DNA of 59,712 bases, counting the filler, from Dugesia japonica (lineage: Eukaryota), in NCBI GenBank assembly GCA_001938525.1. It is 6 parts of 6 records of this genome, joined end to end, with 100 filler letters (N's around TTAATTAATTAA, not from the genome) between each part and the next. Parts side by side here need not be neighbours in the genome. Positions count along the whole stretch, not along the records: positions 17,673 to 25,899 come from MQRL01528384.1; positions 26,000 to 34,895 come from MQRL01605951.1; positions 34,996 to 43,377 come from MQRL01404764.1; 3 more parts are not named here. One strand, 5' to 3'. Made by a program: the position numbers and the translations under genes. The number at the start of each line of letters is the position of its first letter. The stretch's first letter is position 1. Under the pieces are notes generated by a model, which had not been told where the DNA came from, did no database searches, and worked only from the letters and a program-made list of their open reading frames with translations. Of the stretch, positions 24,337 through 35,076 are shown in pieces.

Positions 24337-25191
24337 ATGGTGAGAGAAGCGATTCCAAAAATTTATGCTAGTTATATTATATTAGAAAGTAGAATTAAAG
24401 AATTAAAAGAAATAATTGCAAAGGAAGAAAAATATATAATGAATATTTCTCTAGTAAAATTCTTCAATCTAAAAACCTTCTTTCTTCTCTTGCTTTTCAA
24501 CAATAATACTTGATTTCAGCATTACAACCAACTACTTCACCTCTACAACCAGATCCAAAACTAGAAATCGATAAATTATTTGAAAATAAAAATCCACTTA
24601 CTCCAAATATTGAAAACCTAATATTAATTTACCCCCAACAATGACTCCAGAATTTTTAAATGAAAACATTTTAGAAAAAACATATTTAATAATAAAAATT
24701 AATGTTAGAAAAATATATTTAGTTAAAGAAAATGAAATACCATATTTTTATATACTTCCAGATACTTTTGTTCCTTATTCAGATGGAGTAATGAATTTAA
24801 TTCTTGGAAGTATAAAAGAAACCAATGATATAAAAATAGAAGATGTAAATATTTATTTGAATGGATTAAAGATTACACGCTTATAGTAGTAATTATTATA
24901 AAATGTTGAAAAATAAAATCCAACCAAAAACCGAATCAAAAACTCCAGAAAAAAGAAAGAAAAAATGATACAACACAACCAATATTTCATCCATTAAAAC
25001 AACAAGAAGGACAGGTAACACAAGGCATTGGAAATCCAATAGATTTATTTGAAAAATTATTAGTTTTATTTTCAGCTAAAACAGCTGGTCATGAAAATAC
25101 GGGTTCAGAGATAAAATCAGTCTGTGTAAAATTAAGAGCAAGAAAATTAATTTCAAATGAGAAATATAAAAAATATCAAAAAATATTTTAA
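24337..25191 (+). pseudogene. Conserved Polinton protein with C-terminal NPxxLxxxLxxLxxAxxAG(H/N) motif
   Basis: GNPIDLFEKLLVLFSAKTAGHEN...EIKSVCVKL. Confidence 0.55.
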
Positions 25192-25195
25192 ATAA

Positions 25196-25848
25196 ATGTC
25201 TCATCAATTTTTAATTACTGGTAAAGGTCCAAAATTAGAAGTTAATTTAAAACACCCATTAGAGTTGAAAGATGAATAAGAAATTGGTTTAATTTGCTTT
25301 TCCGTTTATAATATTATTTTTAATGTGGAAAAGGAAGATGTTAATTTTACATTCGATGGAATAGAAGAAAAAATTCATCATGGTGCTTATGAAGTTGATA
25401 AAATTTCAGAGAAAATAAAAGCCCTAGGAATAGAGATAACTTTAGATTCTTCAACTGGTAAGTTTTTACTTATTATTCCTGAAAAGAAGAATTTAAAATT
25501 TAATGAAAAATCTTTCTTTTGTAAACTTTTTGGTTTTAAACCCAAAGAGTATACCCCAAGAAAATATTATTCAAATGAAAAAATTAACATTTCAGATATA
25601 AATATGATTAATATTACTTGTAATATAGTTAAAGGAAATTATGTAAATAACAAACCAACTAATTTATTATATTTTTCCAGCAAACACTGTAAGCTTTGGA
25701 TATAAAATTATTGAAAGACCATCACCACCTATTTACTCAAGAATATCTTCTAGTTATATGGTTTAAGATTTGAAGTTGTAGATGAAAATTTAAAACCTAT
25801 TGATTTTAATAATGAAACAATGTAATTATTAGTTCATTTAAGAAAATG
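25196..25848 (+). pseudogene. Polinton minor capsid (penton) protein
   Basis: PLEL...IGL...GAYEV...INITCNIVKGNYVNN...GYKIIERP...VDENLKPIDF...VHLRK. Confidence 0.8.
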
Positions 25849-26159
25849 TCCGACGATAAACCAAAAGTCTTAGATTTTCTAAAAACATTTGGAATTACTN
25901 NNNNNNNNNNNNNNNNNNNNNNNNNNNNNNNNNNNNNNNNNNNTTAATTAATTAANNNNNNNNNNNNNNNNNNNNNNNNNNNNNNNNNNNNNNNNNNNNA
26001 AAAGTAGAACTTACTAAAAAATTACAAAGCCAAAATTATACAGATTTAACTTCCTTTATTAAAGAGATTATTGATACAATAAAAATTTATTTTGCTTTTG
26101 CTAGAAGAATATGCTTCAATTTATTGGGTAAAACCAAATACAATAAAGATCCTTACCAA

Positions 26160-26395
26160 ACAATGATCTTATTATTAATATTGAAAATGATGACAATGAG
26201 NGTTTTCTGTTTTCAATATTAGCTCATTTAAATATAGTAAAAAATACTACAAAACAAAATAGTTACTCAAATTACCAAAATGAATTAATATTAAACGTTG
26301 CATTTCCAGTAAAGATTGATCAGATTAAAATCTTTGAAAAGAGTAATAATTTCCTTGAAAATGTATTTGAAGTTGAATATATTGACTACTGAAAA
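26160..26395 (+). pseudogene. Polinton protein-primed DNA polymerase B, N-terminal region fragment
   Basis: INIENDDNExFLFSILAHL...FPVKIDQIKIFEK. Confidence 0.6.
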
Positions 26396-26439
26396 ATTTT
26401 TTGTTTATTCTATTTATATTTCTCTACCAGTAGAGGAGT

Positions 26440-26730
26440 TGGTTGGAGTTATCCATTGTTCAATGAAGTTAGTAATTATCGTCAAGGAGACAAAAACTGG
26501 GATGATATCAGAAAAGTTACAGAAAAAGTATACAGGTTCTTAAAGAGGGAAAATTTTGCGGATGATACAAAATTAGAATGGGTTGGAACAATTGAAGCAT
26601 GGAGAATATAGTTTTTATAGAATGCCATTTGGCATCGCAGTGGCACCAGAGACATTTCAAGAGATGATGACAAAAGTGGTAGGCGAAATCAATGAAGCCA
26701 TGGTTTATCTTGGTGACATCCTGATATAAA
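26440..26730 (+). pseudogene. Gypsy reverse transcriptase fragment
   Basis: FYRMPFGIAVAPETFQEMM...MVYLGDILI. Confidence 0.8.
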
Positions 26731-27731
26731 TATATAGACGCATCTTTATTAAAAAGTTATTATTTTCAATATATTACAAAATGTAATTTGTTAAAGAAAT
26801 AATGAGAAACTTTTAGATACTTCGCTAACCGGAAGAAAANNNNNNNNNNNNNNNNNNNNNNNNNNNNNNNNNNNNNNNNCTGAACTAGATTTTGTTGAAA
26901 CAAAATAAGTAATTTTAGCTTCACACTTAAATGTTTTATAGGCACTTTTAATGCATCACTGTAAATTTATTAAATTTTTATTTTATTTATCAGCAAGTTT
27001 ATTTCAAATATTTCATTAACTAAGTTAAGTAAATTCAATCTTAACTAATTATTTCAAATTTATATTGTAATTTTAAAAATCATTAATTTTAAATCCATTT
27101 CAAATTTATATAAAAGTCGTTAAAAGAGATTAAATCGAGATAAATTAAGTTTACAATGTACTAAAAAATTAATTTCCACAAACGAAAAAAGATTTAGAGC
27201 CAACCAACTTTTTAATCCGAATATTTTTTAAATGCATTAAAGTGTGAATTTCTATTGAAAATCATTTGATATTTACTTAAATTTTTTCCAAGATATTAAA
27301 TTTCACTGTAAATTTATTTGCTGATTTATTTTGTAAAAAAAATTAAAGAGGTTAAGAACGAAGTTTAGATCAAATTGAATTAGTTTAATAAATGCTCGAT
27401 ATTATTATTTAAACCAAAACCATATTAAACAAAATTTATTTTTAATTAAAAATGGAAACACTACAAAATTCATTTTCAATGCGAATTTAAAATATAATTT
27501 TTTCAAAAGGAATAATAAAATTTAAGGAACGATTTTCATGTCCAGTTTTATTATTTAAATATTAATTTATTTTAAAAATAAATATTTTATAACATAATGA
27601 ATATACTAACTATATTATATAAATCTATTAAAAATAAGAATATCAATTATCTAAATTGTATCATTTTAATTTGCATTGTCTTTTAATAAAAATATTTGTT
27701 TGTATAATTAGAAAAGATATTATTTTGAAAA

Positions 27732-28887
27732 ATGATGAAAAACTGTTTAATTTGTAAATATGAGTCTAATGACTTATTATCACATTGTAAAACTGAATGG
27801 CACACATACAATTTGAGACGTGGAACTTCTGGCTTGAATTCTTTATCATATGAAGAATTTAAGGTCAAACAAGCGGATTTAATTTTGAAAAACACAGTTA
27901 ATATTCCAGTTGGTTTTGCAATGTTTATTTCTTATTTCATAATATATTTCTTTAATTTAGAAAGAATACTATTGCTGTAAAAAAGTTTTTAAATGTGTAA
28001 ATACTTATGAGAATCATTTAAAGTCCAAAAAACATATTGAACAATCAAAAATAATAAACGATTCGAAGCAAAGTAATGAAATAGAAGAAATTCAGGAAAT
28101 TGTTGAAAATGAAATAATGGAAGACGATCAAAGTCAGTTAGAAGAACATATAGAAGAACCCCTAACAGTTTTAGATTGCTTATTTTGCAATTTATCTTTT
28201 AAAACTATAGAAAAAAATTTAAATCATATGTACCAGAATCATAATTTTAATTTACCTTTTCCTCAATGTGTTACAGATTTAGAAGGTCTTATGGAGTATT
28301 TGGTGTGTTTAATAGACGAATACCATGTTTGCTTGCAATGTAACAAACAATTCGATGAACGCAGAAGTGTTAGGAGTCACATGGACCACATGAATCATAT
28401 GAGACTTTATTTCCACCTCGAATCAAATGGAGATGATTTGTGCGATTTCTACTCGAATTTGCCTTCACCAGTTGTCAATTTAAATGCGTTATCTGTGAGT
28501 TTTGTTTTGGTTTTTATCTGTCTGTCAAATAAATTCGTTCGTAAATCTCTGCAAACAAAATATTAATTTGATATTTGCTAGGATAACTTGGAGATTGAAG
28601 CAGTTCTGCCGAATGGCAAGAAGGTCGGAAACAGAAGCATGAACGTTTATTTCAAGCAAAACCTTACTGGATTATTGTCTAATCCCAACAAATTATCGAT
28701 TACCAGTGGTCCGGATAAAGCAAGAATGAGTCTGATCGCATCAGGAAGATATAGCCAACTGGTGACGGCGTCCAAGATCACTCCAAAGGAAAAGAAATAC
28801 AAAACATTGGAAGCCAGATATGTTCAGTTGAGAAGTAGCAGATTTAGCAACTTTCAGCAGCATTTCCGAGCTCAGATTTTGATGTAG
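27732..28887 (+). CDS. ZNF622: ZNF622/Rei1 cytoplasmic 60S maturation factor, 3 exons (27732-27908, 27961-28494, 28582-28887), 338 aa
   Basis: HCKTEWHTYNLRR, YENHLKSKKH, CLFC...HMYQNHNF, CLQC...VRSHM, LPNGKKVGNRS, C-terminal HFRAQ; GT-AG phase-0 introns of 52 and 87 nt keep the frame. Confidence 0.92.
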
Positions 28888-29052
28888 ATTGAGAAATAAC
28901 GCAACAACGGTTTAATTATNCAATATCAATAATACACGATTCCGATCGATTCGTTCTGTTTTCATTCTTCCGTCCCGCCGTTGCGACGACTGGATTAATT
29001 GATTGGTTATTATCATTCATTATTATCATTATTATTCATGTGTTTATAATTT

Positions 29053-29498
29053 ACTGTTGATTATTTGATTGGTTGTTTATTTGATTGGTTGATTGTGGAG
29101 TAAGTATAATCACGCCCCCGTTGTAATCGTACATTTTAGACTCCCGTGACGGACTTCTTGTTCCTTCTTCCTGTTCTTTCTTCTTGTTCCTCTTTTCCCT
29201 TTTTTTCCTCTTCTTCCTTCTTTTTGTTCCTCCGCGCGTGACGGTGGGTACGTTCAAATAAACTGTTCTACCCAACCCGGATTATAATTTGCTGTTAATT
29301 AGTTGATTATTTGATTGGTTCATTGTGGAGTCAGTATAATCACGCCCCCGTTGTAATCGTACATTTTAGACTCACGTGACGGACTTCTTGTTCCTCTTGT
29401 TCCTTCTTCTTGTTCCTCTTGTTATTTCTATTTGTTCTTTCTTGTTCCTCCGCGCGTGACGGTGGGTACGTACAAATAAACTGTTCTATCCAACCAGG
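29053..29498 (+). repeat. Tandem ~240-bp direct repeat with LTR-like features
   Basis: gtataatcacgcccccgttgtaatcgtac...cgcgcgtgacggtgggtacg...aataaactgttcta occurs twice. Confidence 0.8.
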
Positions 29499-30059
29499 TT
29501 TGAGGAATTCAGGTTAGCCCAACAAGTGTTCCCCCTTACTACATTGTCGCTCTATGTTGCTGGTGCTGATCAGTGAGAAATGTATATTATTATCGAGTAA
29601 CTCTAGTGAAACAAGTTCCAAATAATTGGTACCATTGAATAAGATCCCCGTTGTGAGTGTGGAACAAGCTAAAGGAGACAGAACAAATGGTGAATCGATA
29701 ATGACATAATAATAGAAAAAGGTCAACCTCACTTATTGAGATGTGGATTACATTGGAGTTTAAGAGGTTTCGCTTAATGGTGGATTTGAATAATAATTCG
29801 CAGAGTAAAGACTCACACATTGCTCCAAGAGTTGAGGTGGGCAAGCGGGGCTTATTGAAAAATTTTCATTGTAAAAATGAAATTCTTTACCAATAAGTTC
29901 AGTAGTTATTCAATATTTTTGACCATTGTTTCGTTTCCGATTTTTTTTATCGAAACCCAATTGGGGAATTATAATTAAATTTATTTATATATTGATTAAT
30001 GAGGGTAAACCTAACAACAATGTAGTTTATAATAAATACAATCAAGTTAAACAAATTTA

Positions 30060-30370
30060 ATTTGAAAAAGTCAATTCCTGACGAAGGCAAAGTCGAAATT
30101 TCGAATCAATCTCTGGAAACAAAAATAAACTTTTGATCGAAGCTTTTTTATTTTAAATTTAATTTAAACCAAATTAAAACTATCCAATAAAATTCAAACC
30201 ATTTTGTAGATTTTTCTAATTTGCATGAAATCAATCAAAAAGTTTAATTCTCGAAGAAGACAATAACTNCCTAAAAAGAANTAAAAACAGCATTTTGATC
30301 GAAGCTTTTAATTTAACGAAACATCCAATGCGATCAATAATTAATTGTACAACATTTATTCTTGTAATTG
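30060..30370 (+). mobile_element. Tandem Penelope pseudo-LTRs with a minimal hammerhead motif at 30074-30106
   Basis: ATTC-CTGACGA-aggcaaagtc-GAAA-tt-TC-GAAT; ttttgatcgaagcttt occurs twice. Confidence 0.7.
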
Positions 30371-30378
30371 TGAAACTA

Positions 30379-30600
30379 TTACTCTCTTGTTTCGATTTTT
30401 TTCAAATTCAATTTCCATAAATTCGTTGTTATGCTTTCGTAACATTGATTAATTACGATTAATTGATAAGATAATAGTTTCACTTTACCCGGTTCTTCCT
30501 TGAGATATTCCATAAAGACGTTTAATAATATAGAGAATTTAAACCAGTAGATTTTATTCGGGTCCACTTTTAGAATCACTGGTTTAGCAGATGTCACCAA
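30379..30600 (-). pseudogene. Possible LTR retrotransposon PBS and gag start
   Basis: TGGTGACATC PBS-like sequence leading into VILKVDPNKIYWFKF. Confidence 0.35.
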
Positions 30601-31569
30601 GTTTAATTATTTTTAGTTTTAAAATAGTTTTCAGAAACCGTTGCCATGCACATTTTTGTTGCTATAGGAGCAGAGTCTTACCATACTACTCATAACTGAA
30701 AACTAAATAGGAATATAACTTTACTTTGGTTCTCAGAAAAAGCAGTGGCGCACTGAGCCACTTTGAAATTGGCATTCAAATTTCTAAACCAATATTTATT
30801 GTATGTTGATAAAATTAGTACCATTAGACTCGGAATAAAAAGCTACTTATACATTGCCCATAGAAATTATAGTGAAAAATTCTTTGTTGAGAAAATAATA
30901 TAAAATTAATAATAAATTATAATTTCTAAAATATTTTCAACTCAGAATCTAAAAATCTATATCAGGCCTGTCAAACCTTTTTTTTTAATGATTGACTTTA
31001 AATTTAACTCAACCTCAAGATCTACTCATATAAAGATTTAGATCTTTGNTTAGTTTAGTTCCATTTTTAAATAAAAATTTAACAAAAAATTAATTTAATA
31101 ATTAATTAATTAATAAAATTGTTGGGGTGAAAAGGAAATAAGGCCAAAAAGCCACATCAGCAAAGAAGAACGGCAGGACCATTATATTTACTAATAATGA
31201 AATGAAAAAGGTAAAACAGGAAAGTAACCCTTAGAAAAGAATAAAATAAAATTGAAGATAGATACGAAAAACCAGGGGACATGAAACTAACATACATCAA
31301 TTGGGACATAAAAGGAATTACAAATCAATATATCAGGAGGAAATAAAATTATTAAATAAAATATTTAATTATGAAAAAAATATCAATTAATTAAAGATAG
31401 AAAATAAATAAAATTAAACCAGAAANNNNNNNNNNNNNNNNNNNNNNNNNNNNNNNNNNNNNNNNNNNNNNNNNNNNNNNNNNNNNNNNNNNNNNNNNNN
31501 NNNNNNNNNNNNNNNNNNNNNNNNNNNNNNNNNNNNNNNNNNNNNNNNNNNNNNNNNNNNNNNNGCCGG

Positions 31570-32033
31570 ACCAATAGGATGCCTAAAAAGAAACATAAAA
31601 CAAAGACACAATTATCATGTGCCATTCTAAAAATAACTACCGATCAGAACCCCAGAATTCTTAGAAGATTAGCACCAGATCCAATAAAATTCAAATAATT
31701 TAATTTTAAAAATAACCAACTAACAGGAATACGGTCGGGATGCAACTAAAGTCATATATAAGCCGCAACAAACTTGGGTGAAATACAACAAAAAAATTCT
31801 AAAATATTGTCTATCAAGGACCTCATAATAATCTGGAAAACTCACTCATAACGTGCCCAACTCTAGTCAAATTATCTCACAAATCGTTTCAACTAACAGA
31901 AAGGAAAACCTTAGTTCAACTAAATCCGGATAGAAATTCAGTAATCTATTCGTGAAAATATTGATTCAGGCAGAAGAAGAAATTGTACGAATATCATCCC
32001 GTTGCAGAAACTTGAAAAATATTTAAAGTAAAA
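31570..32033 (+). promoter_or_regulatory. Cassette promoter and leader exon
   Basis: CCAAT boxes, GTCGGGATGCA (31734), TATATAA (31755), CCGTTGCAGAA then donor GT at 32028; all have positional equivalents in copies 2 and 3. Confidence 0.6.
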
Positions 32034-33432
32034 AATTATGTTTATATTTGATATATAAATTTCTTTTTAATGTCTAACTATGTTATGTTCAGTGTATGAA
32101 TAAAAATTTTTTAAAAAGTTAAACTAATTTTTTTTTCATTACAAAACAAAAATTATTAATTACACTTTTAGTTCCATTTCGCATATGAATAAAAGAAATG
32201 TTATTGTATACCATAGAAAATGAATGGAAAATTATCAATAATAAATTATATGGTTACCTGAGTTGATGGGTTGGAAATATTTAATGCTTAATTCCATTAA
32301 TTGCTGACAAATAAACCTCGCACTGCTATCGGATTCATTGATAGCACAATATATCTTTTAAGTCACTATTTTCTGCGATGTTTTCTCAATTAAATCCTCC
32401 ATTTCGAAAATAGTTCCAAAGTTGATCCAGAAGGTCATCAATAAACTCCTGAATTAAATTTGAAAAATCCATGAGGTGATTGTAGAACGGGTAGCACCAA
32501 ATCGGATGATGACGGATTATATATAAAGAGACGGACATTAAATTGAGTTTTCCTGCACACAAATTTATAATCTGACTCACACATCTGCTAACACACGGCA
32601 TCACATATGCAGGAACACGTCANNNNNNNNNNNNNNNNNNNNNNNNNNNNNNNNNNNNNNNNNNTTTTTTCTTGATATTCTGACAGATATGGGTTGCCAT
32701 AGAAATAACGCTGAAACCTATTATTAAAAAATTGCATCATAATTCTTATCGAGATTATGACTTTATGGTTATTTTTATTAAATAACACTATGCGTACAGT
32801 TATTACTAAAGTTAATATTACGGCTGATGTTATTATTCTTGCTATTATCAATAAGATGAGTGCTATCATTATTATTATAATTATGATTATCGTTATTATT
32901 ATCATTATTATTATGGTCATGACGATAATTATTATTGTCATTATTATTAGTAATATTGTTATTAAAATTATTAGGGTAATAATATGATTATCATTATTAT
33001 TATCGTTATGCTTAGCTCGACTATTATTCTTAAGGACAGAATCATCATTATCATTAGTATTACCATTGTTATTATTATCGTTGGTTTATTATTATTATCG
33101 TTATCATTAAGACGAGTATAACTGTTGTCTTATTGCGGCATTTATGAGGTTAATACCCTTAATACTATTGTCATTATTCTGGTTATCATTAGTATTATCC
33201 TTACGAGTAAGACAATGAGTAATATTCGCCTTATTAATAAGCTTCATTAATAGGTATAATGTTAACATTAATTTTACCATGAATGAACTTCTGAATGTCA
33301 CTAACGAGATCTTGGGTGTTGAAACTAATGGCACCGATAGCAATGATAGACGTTCTTATTGCATACCCTCAGATAGTCTGAGAGAATCTCAATTCTAAGT
33401 ACAACCTTTAGTTATTTATCATTTTTTAGCTA

Positions 33433-33618
33433 ATGCCGGCCAAACTGCGCCATACCTTACAGTGGATCAGACGCCAGCGATGGGCCACTAGATTGAAACA
33501 GTTAATAGCCCATCTATTGACTCATGGCAAAATAGAACACCCTGACGAAACCAATCTCCAATGTTTCGCCGAGATGTTCACCCTAGGGAAACAAGTTGAC
33601 TTAGACGAAGAGCGATAA
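33433..33618 (+). CDS. Cassette ORF A, 61-aa orphan (EHPDET motif)
   Basis: Intact ORF; homologs at 35501-35673 and 57693-57875; acceptor ttttag 3 nt before the ATG. Confidence 0.8.
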   Translation: MPAKLRHTLQWIRRQRWATRLKQLIAHLLTHGKIEHPDETNLQCFAEMFTLGKQVDLDEER

Positions 33619-33784
33619 ATCGAATGGCATAGTGTTTACTCTATGTAGAACGAATATTACCCCTTTTACTTCAATTTTAGACTAGTTGTGTGTGCGTATC
33701 ATTCTTTGTTTTTGTTACGTTTTTTTACATAAACCTATTTAAATTGTCGTTATGGTAATAATTATTATAAAATTTTCAATAGGA

Positions 33785-34144
33785 ATGGACTCGGTTTGGG
33801 AACAAATAATAGACCGCAGAACTCGCCGGGTGGTTTTTAGACACCACCATAACCCGTATAATAGAGATGCCGGTATTCTGGTGGATAAGACCAATTTACC
33901 TCCGATAAAGGCGACAGTGGCTCGCATTCAGAACTTCGGCGAAAGGGTACGCTTTCAACAATGGAACAGACCGGTACGCACCGGTACGCACCCATGCCAC
34001 GGCCTTTAATTATCAACCTCCAGCCCCCCTCTAGTAGTGCAGGCTTTTATATCCAATTTACTCTGGGGTGTGAGAGAACCAACGGGGGTTAATTATTTCG
34101 AAAACACCAATCCTAATATCGACAATAATACTGATCCACAATAA
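33785..34144 (+). pseudogene. Cassette ORF B, ~118-aa orphan, frameshifted by a 10-nt duplication
   Basis: MDSVWEQIIDRRTRR...AGILVD..NLPP...VQAFISNLLWGVR; acceptor caatag 2 nt before the ATG. Confidence 0.8.
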
Positions 34145-34336
34145 ACCCTTTCTTTGTGTACTTAGAACTAAAAATAAATAAATGTTTCATCTTCTGTTAA
34201 TCCACTTTATATCCACATACATTTGTTTGAAGAAAATTCTAATATATATTAATTCAAGGATGTATTATTAAGTACTGTATGTCTCATTGTTCATAATTAT
34301 AATATTTCAGTGCATTCCTCCTTGAATAAATTGCAG

Positions 34337-34670
34337 GCCCCGAATAAAAAACTACGAGAAACCAGTGAGGACCTCGATCTCACTTGGGATTTATATCGGC
34401 TGGCAAAACGTCGACGGGAGGCCGAAATAGACGTCGCCAACAGTAAGATATCCCGCTACAAGAAGAAATGCAGCTGCTTTCAAAAAGGAGACCGAGGCCT
34501 CTCACTTGCAGAAGCGAACCTAGAAGAAACAGGTTGAGTCCTTTGCGGAAGTTATCTGGTCCAGCCATGACTGAGAAAATAAACTGGTTAACGATGTTTT
34601 ACTTATCCGGGAAAGAATACCTCTCGAACTACTGATGATCAAAAAGAGCACCCAAAACCCTCGGACTTAA
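34337..34670 (+). pseudogene. Cassette ORF C, basic coiled-coil orphan
   Basis: ttgcag|APNKKLRETSEDLDLTWDLYRLAKRR...ERIPL. Confidence 0.75.
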
Positions 34671-35076
34671 CCGTTTCAGCTTTTATAAATAAATCTATTA
34701 TTCAATCATTTTCTTTTGATAAATTTTTTTCTTTTATCCTAAAGTTTTACTTAAGCTTAGCTGTTTAATTGCTTTATTATTAATTTAATTTCCTTAAGTG
34801 TCTCGCATCATTTTCCTAATAGTCTCCGCCGGTGCCATCGCATCATGCACCGTCTGTTACTGGAACGACACTTAAAGTGTAAAACAGACCGGGTTNNNNN
34901 NNNNNNNNNNNNNNNNNNNNNNNNNNNNNNNNNNNNNNNTTAATTAATTAANNNNNNNNNNNNNNNNNNNNNNNNNNNNNNNNNNNNNNNNNNNNTTATT
35001 ACTTTTTTATTGATTTGCCACAAAAAAATTCCTTGAATCAATCTGTCTATTTAATCTACCTCACAACAGCAAAAAT

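Larger units (their letters stand above)
18430..25899 (+). mobile_element. Decayed Polinton/adintovirus gene block
   Basis: Co-oriented ZnF, orphans, MCP, PLA2X, integrase, ATPase, pX-like, AGH-motif protein and penton; TATAAAAG near 18627. Confidence 0.9.
31120..34700 (+). mobile_element. Orphan A-B-C cassette, copy 1
   Basis: Promoter, donor, ORFs A, B and C are collinear with copy 3; promoter, donor, A and B with copy 2. Confidence 0.75.

Noticed and set aside
29051-29275. Lys/Arg-rich 74-aa ORF
   Set aside because: Derived from the pyrimidine microsatellite in the tandem repeat; its length and sequence are not preserved in the second unit.
32588-32987. Poly-Ile membrane proteins (also 36033-36372 and 55127-55339)
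   Set aside because: By-products of ATT/AAT low-complexity sequence; no conserved residues between copies in those frames.
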